From: Alphaproteobacteria bacterium
GTDB taxonomy: Bacteria; Pseudomonadota; Alphaproteobacteria; Rhizobiales; Aestuariivirgaceae
Assembly: GCA_024640405.1 (NCBI GenBank)
Contig: JAHEFB010000009.1
Location: 28,243-92,242, forward strand
Reading direction: 5' to 3'
DNA: 64,000 nt
The notes below the pieces were generated by a model that worked only from the letters and a program-made list of their open reading frames with translations, did no database searches and was not told the DNA's origin. The position numbers were made by a program, and so were the translations under genes. Position 1 is the first letter of the stretch, and each line of letters starts with the position of its first letter. Positions 58,126 to 64,000 of the stretch are shown in pieces.

Positions 58126-58306
58126 GACGGCACATGCAGCCAATCAGGGAAGTTTGAGTATCAGACGAGTTGAACTTTGCTGCGCTATGTTGATAATCGA
58201 AACCTGAAGAAGCGGCACATCAGTGTTATTGTGCAGATCGCGAACGGGTCAGGAACGGCCCGTCGCGCGGTCTTATTCGAACATTGGCCCAGTACAGGGA
58301 GGGCTT

Positions 58307-59605
58307 ATGCGCAATAGACGACGGAATATGGGTGGGCGTTATCCGCGCGGATTTTTCTCTCGTCTGGCGTACGCGTTTCGGGAAAGGCAGATATATCTGC
58401 GTTCGGAAGGTGAGGTACAATTCATAACCTTGAGGCCCGGCGTACAGGTGGCAACCATTTTTGCATTTGCCGCAGGACTGTTCTGGGTTGCCTACGCAAC
58501 GGTAAATGTCGCATTCAAAGATCAGGTTCAGGCGTTGAAAGAGCGCAGTCAGTACCGCGCCCGGCTGCAGTATGAAGACCGCATCGGAGAAATGCGCGGC
58601 GTTATTGATAAACTCAATCGCAGATTGCTGCTGGACCAGAAAGCCTATCTTGCAAAAGTGGATGAAGTGCGTGTGGAACACGACCAGCTTGTTGATCGTC
58701 ATGAACAATTGACGGATTTCTTCAGGCAGGGGTGGCTGCCTGCTCCGACAGCAAGCACCAGGCAACAAAAGAGCAGCCTGACACCGAAAGATGCACCTGC
58801 AAGACACGCGTCCAATGAAAAAACCAAATCACCACGTGCGGTTGACCGGTATGTAACCGAATTCACATCCGCAGAAGAGGCCGTTGAGCCCCTGCAGGAT
58901 TTGCGTAACTACATGAGCCGGATGGAAGCACGTGAGGCCGCGTTGTTGCATTCGGTGACCGGCTACGTCGCCGCGCAGACAACTCGTCTTGGCAAGGTAT
59001 ATCGATCTGTTGGCGTAAATGCAGACAAGATCGCGAAATCATCAACATACAAACCGGAAGCCGTCGGCGGGCCTTTCATCGCAGCTACAGCGGCCGATTT
59101 GGGATCGAAAGTACTGGCGCAGCGAGTGTCGGACCTGTCTCTGGAACTGGACAAATGGGAGACATTGAAATTCCAGGCAACTCGATTGCCGTTGATCAAA
59201 CCAATGGGACCGGGTCACGCGACTTCAAGCGGGTTTGGCCTGCGCAACGACCCAATCCGCAACCGCCCCGCCATGCACTCCGGCATCGATTTCAGAGGAC
59301 GCACGGGTTCGGCCGTCCAAGTGACTGCACCGGGCAAAGTCATCAAGGCCGGTTGGGCGGGTGGTTACGGCAAAATGGTGGAAGTGCTCCACGACGGCGG
59401 TATCATCAGCCGGTATGCACATTTAAGCATAATTTCGGTTCGCACTGGCCAAAAGGTCAAGTCGGGTGATAGAATAGGCAAGGTTGGAAGTACAGGCCGC
59501 AGTACCGGCCCTCATCTTCATTACGAAACACGCGTGGGCGGCCGCGCAATAGACCCTGTAAGATTTTGGAAGGCCCGCGATGTTTTTCAAGAAATCACGC
59601 GCTAA
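58307..59605 (+). CDS. M23 family metallopeptidase with N-terminal TM/coiled coil (LmdC-like)
   Basis: HSGID, YAHL and STGPHLHYE; GGAGGG SD. Confidence 0.92.
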   Translation: MRNRRRNMGGRYPRGFFSRLAYAFRERQIYLRSEGEVQFITLRPGVQVATIFAFAAGLFWVAYATVNVAFKDQVQALKERSQYRARLQYEDRIGEMRGVIDKLNRRLLLDQKAYLAKVDEVRVEHDQLVDRHEQLTDFFRQGWLPAPTASTRQQKSSLTPKDAPARHASNEKTKSPRAVDRYVTEFTSAEEAVEPLQDLRNYMSRMEAREAALLHSVTGYVAAQTTRLGKVYRSVGVNADKIAKSSTYKPEAVGGPFIAATAADLGSKVLAQRVSDLSLELDKWETLKFQATRLPLIKPMGPGHATSSGFGLRNDPIRNRPAMHSGIDFRGRTGSAVQVTAPGKVIKAGWAGGYGKMVEVLHDGGIISRYAHLSIISVRTGQKVKSGDRIGKVGSTGRSTGPHLHYETRVGGRAIDPVRFWKARDVFQEITR

Positions 59606-60146
59606 TAAAGCACCGAAGAGCGGCAATACTGGCGGAGGACGTCAACGTCACCGGTCAGGCCCGTCGTTATTGTCTCTAGACCTTGTAATTGATGGCTCGG
59701 TTTCGACCGGCGGCGAGTTGCAGGTGGACGGTACAATAAATGGTACTGTTCGGGCACGTGCAGTCGTTGTTGATGGTAATGGCGTTGTTTATGGCGACAT
59801 AACCGCTGAGGAAGTGATTGTCCGTGGCCGTGTTATCGGCCCGATACGCGCACTTCACATCCACATATATGCCGGTGCCCACATTGAAGGCGATGTCATC
59901 AACCAGACCCTTTCAATTGAAAATGGTGCGCATGTGGATGGCAAGATCCGCAGGGTTGAAGACCCCCTTTCAGAACCGATTGATCAGGAACAGGGCTACG
60001 CCAGCAGCGGATGGGGACAGGGTTACGCTCCGACTTATGACCACTATCCACAGGAAAATGTGTATTCACTGCCCGGCACCGACGATATTGACGACGATCC
60101 TGTTTACCCGGAGCCCCCTGCCCGCAAGCCGAAAGCAGCAGAGTAA
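59580..60146 (+). CDS. Bactofilin (polymer-forming cytoskeletal protein)
   Basis: Repeated G-rich beta-helix (GELQVDG.INGTV, G.V.G.I.A); adjacent to the M23 gene. Confidence 0.9.
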   Translation: MFFKKSRANKAPKSGNTGGGRQRHRSGPSLLSLDLVIDGSVSTGGELQVDGTINGTVRARAVVVDGNGVVYGDITAEEVIVRGRVIGPIRALHIHIYAGAHIEGDVINQTLSIENGAHVDGKIRRVEDPLSEPIDQEQGYASSGWGQGYAPTYDHYPQENVYSLPGTDDIDDDPVYPEPPARKPKAAE

Positions 60147-60191
60147 AACCAACCCCGACTGGATCGAACGCAATCCCCGGTTTGCAATTTC

Positions 60192-61323
60192 CTAGTCAAT
60201 ATCTGAAATCTCGTCAGGTCCGCCGCCATGCACGCGTTGCGCCAGCGACGCCTCGATGAACTCGTTCAGGTCTCCGTCAAGGACTGCCACCGGATTGGTA
60301 CTTTCGTGGCCTGTTCGCAAATCTTTCACCAGCTGATAAGGCTGGAGAACATAGGACCTGATCTGATGACCCCAACCGATATCGGTCTTGGTGGCTTCTT
60401 CCGCATTGGCGGCTTCTTCGCGAATTTGCAGTTCCCGCTCGTACAGCCTGGCACGCAGCATGTTCCAGGCAGTCGCCCGGTTTTTGTGTTGCGATCTTTC
60501 GTTCTGACACTGCACGACAATGTTTGTCGGGATGTGAGTAATTCGCACAGCGGAGTCGGTGGTGTTGACGTGTTGACCACCAGCGCCTGATGCACGGTAG
60601 GTGTCAATGCGACACTCACTTTCATTGATTTCGATTTCTATGTTGTCATCCACTTCCGGGTAAGACCACACTGACGCAAACGAAGTGTGCCGGCGGGCAT
60701 TGGAGTCGTAGGGGGATATGCGCACCAGACGATGTACGCCGCTTTCGGTCTTGAGACGTCCGTAAGCGTTATGACCACCAATCCGCAGAGTGGCTGACTT
60801 GATGCCCGCTTCTTCGCCATCATGCATTTCGATCAACTCGACCTTGTATCCCTGCTTTTCGGCCCATCGCGTGTACATCCGCATCAGCATGGAAGCCCAG
60901 TCCTGGCTTTCGGTGCCTCCTGCTCCTGCATGAACTTCCAGAAAACTATCATTGCCGTCTGCTTCGCCTGACAGCAATGTTTCGATTTCCAACTTGGCAA
61001 TTTCGGGTTGCAATCCCTGTATTTGTGACTCCGCCTCATCGACTACAGACTGATCCCCCTCAAGCTCGCCCAATTCGATCAGTTCGATACTGTCGGAAAT
61101 GGTTTGCTCAAGTCGCTGAACGGTTCCTATGCGGCTGTCGAGGTCCTGCCGCTTGCGCATAACACGCTGGGCTTCTTCGGGGTCGTTCCATAGATTTGGA
61201 TCTTCTGCCTGGGCATTCAGCAAATCCAGGTCCCGGAGTGCCTGATCCCAGTCAAAGATGCCTCCTCAGCAGTCCAATAGACTGCTTGAATTCGTCGACC
61301 AGTGTCTCGATTTCTGCGCGCAT
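60192..61323 (-). CDS. prfB: Peptide chain release factor 2 with programmed +1 frameshift
   Basis: [23 protein letters not shown] then CTT-TGA-C (61257-61251) preceded by AGGAGG; continues DWDQ... with SPY and GGQ motifs. Confidence 0.96.
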
Positions 61324-61364
61324 GCGACTCTATCCGTGCCAGTTTGTAAAATTGTCCGGTCCGG

Positions 61365-63890
61365 TCAGTACAGGCCGCCAGTGCCTGTCGTCAACCCGCC
61401 CTCCGACACCGCAGATGTGCCGGTTTCGTTTCCATCGACAATGATACCGCCAATATTGTTGTAACTGCCGACATTAATACCTGAACTGGCAATGGCATCG
61501 CCGCCGGTCACAAGGCGCGAACGTTGCGGCGGCTGCTCTCCGGGCTTAAAGGCTTCAAGAATAACATTGTCCTCTCCAAATGTGCCTCGCTTGCCGCTCT
61601 TGGGATCAATCGGGATCAATCTTACACCGGACGGAACACGAAACGGCGTCGCTGATACATCTTTCAGAGCCAGTTTCATGAAAGTTGAAACAATCGGGGC
61701 GGCCAGCGAACCGCCGGTTTCTCCCTTTCCCATTGGGCGCGGCCTGTCGTAGCCGACATATACTCCGACGACGAGGTCAGGCGTGTAGCCGACAAACCAT
61801 GCATCCCGTTCATCGTTTGTGGTACCGGTTTTCCCGGCAATCGGTTTGCCAACTTCCTGCAGTTTTTTCGCAGTCCCGCGCTGCACCACACCTTCCAGCA
61901 TCGACGTTATCTGGTAGGCCGTATAGGGGTTCATGACGACTTCCCGGTTTTCGATGAACTCCGGTTCCGGCTGATTGCTCCATTCCGGCGCGTTGCACTG
62001 GGTGCACTCGCGCTTGTCATGGCGCCAAACGGTGCGCCCATAGCGGTCCTGAATACGATCAAGCATGGTTGGCTCTATTTTCTTGCCACCGTTCGCCAGG
62101 ACCGAGTATGCCGCCGTCATGCGTAACAAAGATGTCTCGCCGGAGCCGAGTGAAGTGGCGAGTACCGCCGGGAGATCCTCATAAATGCCCAACCGCTCGG
62201 TAAGGCTCTTGAACTTTTTAATCCCCATGTCCTGTGCCAGACGCACGGTCATCACATTACGCGAAAATTCTATGCCGCGGCGCAGCGTTGAAGGACCATA
62301 GAATTTCTTCGAGTAGTTAGAAGGTTTCCACGTTTCGCCGTTACGCAGCTTGATTTCGACGGGCGCGTCCAGCACCACAGATGAAGGCGTATAGCCGTTG
62401 TCGAGCGCAGCGGCATACACGAACGGCTTGATGGAAGACCCGGGTTGACGTTTTGCCTGGGTAACCCTGTCAAACTGGCTGCGGCTGTAGGAGAAACCAC
62501 CGGTCAGAGCCAAAACCCGTCCAGTGTGCGGGTCCATGGCGACCATGCCTCCTTCGATCTCGGGAATCTGCACGAGATGGTAGTTACCGCTTGAACCTGC
62601 AGCAGTTGCATAAACGACATCTCCCGGTTTCAGCACGTCAGCAGCCGATTCAATCTTGGGGCCGAGTACAACTCCATCCTTGTTGATGCCTTTGTGCTGT
62701 CTCGCCCATTGCAGATACTGCAGCGGGATTACTCCTTGTTTTGCCTCTACCGGCTTTCCCTTGATCACACGGGCCGGCCGCAGTCCTATGCGGGCCTGTT
62801 CGGCACCGACTTCCAGCACAACCGCCAACTGCCAGGGATAAACATCGCCCAGCTGCTTCATCTTGGCCAGTACCGAAGGCCACTCGGGTGTCGTTTCGAT
62901 CCTCGATACAGGGCCGCGCCAGCCATGGTTGCGATCAAACTTTATGAGCCCTCCCGCCAGCGCCTGGCGTGCGAATATCTGCATCTTGGGATCAATTGTG
63001 GTGCGAACGGACAAGCCGCCGGTCCGTAAAACTTCCTTGCCGTAAATCTGCTGTACGGCCTGCCGGGCTTCCTCGGTAAAATACTCGGCAGCAAACAATT
63101 TGGCACCGAACGGACGAAGCGTTACTTCAATGTCCTTGGCCTGTGCATCCAGCATTTCAGTTTCTGTTATAAACCCGTTGTCGTACATTCGCGACAGCAC
63201 CCAGTTGCGCCGCTCGATGGCGCGCTCGCGGTGACGAACGGGATGATAGTTGGATGGGCCCTTGGGTAATGCTGCCAGGTAAGCGATTTGCGCCAAATCC
63301 AGCTCGATCAGCGATTTGCCGAAGTAGTTCAGCGATGCCGCTGCTACGCCATATGATCCCTGACCGAGGAAAATTTCATTGAGATACAATTCCAGGATCT
63401 GTTCCTTGCTGAACGAGCTTTCCATGCGAATGGCAATCAGCGCTTCACGTAACTTGCGGGTCAGTGTGCGCTCGTTGGTCAGCAAGAAGTTCTTCGCGAC
63501 CTGTTGAGTTATTGTGGAAGCCCCGATCAGGCGGCGGTTCGAACCGGCGATCCGTGCCCTTACATTGACCAGCAACGCCCTTGCCAGCGCTTCCGGATCA
63601 ACTCCCATGTGACTGAAAAAGTTTTTGTCTTCAGCAGAAACGACCGCTTCAATTAGCTGTTTCGGAATTGCATCAATGGGGACGAAGAGCCGGCGTTCCT
63701 TTGCATACTCAGCCAGCAGCGAACCATCTGCAGCATGGATACGCGTCATAACCGGTGGTTCGTATTTTGCCAGGCTTTCGTGAGACGGCAGTGTCTTGGA
63801 TGTATCGTATATGATGTATCCCACAGCCATCGCCACGGCGAAACTCACCGCCAGTCCAAAACTGAACAGATATTTCAATAAACGCAGCAT
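61365..63890 (-). CDS. mrcA: Penicillin-binding protein 1A (class A PBP)
   Basis: Transglycosylase motifs EDKNF..H.GVD, GASTITQQ and RKLRE; transpeptidase SSIK, SRN and KTG. Confidence 0.95.
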   Translation of the reverse strand: MLRLLKYLFSFGLAVSFAVAMAVGYIIYDTSKTLPSHESLAKYEPPVMTRIHAADGSLLAEYAKERRLFVPIDAIPKQLIEAVVSAEDKNFFSHMGVDPEALARALLVNVRARIAGSNRRLIGASTITQQVAKNFLLTNERTLTRKLREALIAIRMESSFSKEQILELYLNEIFLGQGSYGVAAASLNYFGKSLIELDLAQIAYLAALPKGPSNYHPVRHRERAIERRNWVLSRMYDNGFITETEMLDAQAKDIEVTLRPFGAKLFAAEYFTEEARQAVQQIYGKEVLRTGGLSVRTTIDPKMQIFARQALAGGLIKFDRNHGWRGPVSRIETTPEWPSVLAKMKQLGDVYPWQLAVVLEVGAEQARIGLRPARVIKGKPVEAKQGVIPLQYLQWARQHKGINKDGVVLGPKIESAADVLKPGDVVYATAAGSSGNYHLVQIPEIEGGMVAMDPHTGRVLALTGGFSYSRSQFDRVTQAKRQPGSSIKPFVYAAALDNGYTPSSVVLDAPVEIKLRNGETWKPSNYSKKFYGPSTLRRGIEFSRNVMTVRLAQDMGIKKFKSLTERLGIYEDLPAVLATSLGSGETSLLRMTAAYSVLANGGKKIEPTMLDRIQDRYGRTVWRHDKRECTQCNAPEWSNQPEPEFIENREVVMNPYTAYQITSMLEGVVQRGTAKKLQEVGKPIAGKTGTTNDERDAWFVGYTPDLVVGVYVGYDRPRPMGKGETGGSLAAPIVSTFMKLALKDVSATPFRVPSGVRLIPIDPKSGKRGTFGEDNVILEAFKPGEQPPQRSRLVTGGDAIASSGINVGSYNNIGGIIVDGNETGTSAVSEGGLTTGTGGLY

Positions 63891-64000
63891 TCAAACTGAT
63901 ATCCCGGTGTTTCAACTACGATACCATGACATACATGGATCGTCTGCATGTACAAAGCCAATTATTGTGGCATCCAAACGGCACTGCAGCGAATAAATGG

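Noticed and set aside
1-64000. tRNA, rRNA, CRISPR arrays, IS/transposase, integrase, prophage
   Set aside because: None recognised by eye; tRNAscan-SE, CRISPR and IS searches would be needed to exclude them formally.

Overview
A 64 kb chromosomal segment from a moderately GC-rich alphaproteobacterium, probably Hyphomicrobiales/Rhizobiales-like (inferred from gene content and order). The right third (41-64 kb) is conserved core: DEAD-box helicase, iscR-iscS-sufBCDS-sufT-sufA, anmK/tyrS, DUF3971/YhdP-like, bcp, M23-bactofilin, frameshifted prfB and PBP1A. The left two thirds mix housekeeping genes (cysK, cysG-cysI-cysH operon, arfB, parE, oxyR, phoX) with accessory metabolic genes. I recognised no tRNA, rRNA, CRISPR array, transposase or integrase. 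The most notable observations are: (1) a divergent catabolic island at 32.4-40.8 kb, with a secreted cyclase, TRAP transporter and ThDP enzyme opposite a single-chain cobalamin-binding mutase-like protein and a ProC-like reductase; (2) two tandem paralogous, separately promoted, rod-shaped non-coding RNA candidates with a 6S-like central bubble at 10.96-11.35 kb; (3) a candidate anti-Shine-Dalgarno sRNA with promoter and terminator at 30.1-30.2 kb; (4) unannotated small ORFs, one preceded by a PhaR-type box; (5) two disrupted genes, a MAPEG gene (nonsense codon plus deletion) and a TauD gene (1-nt frameshift). All family calls come from motif recognition by eye; no database search was run.
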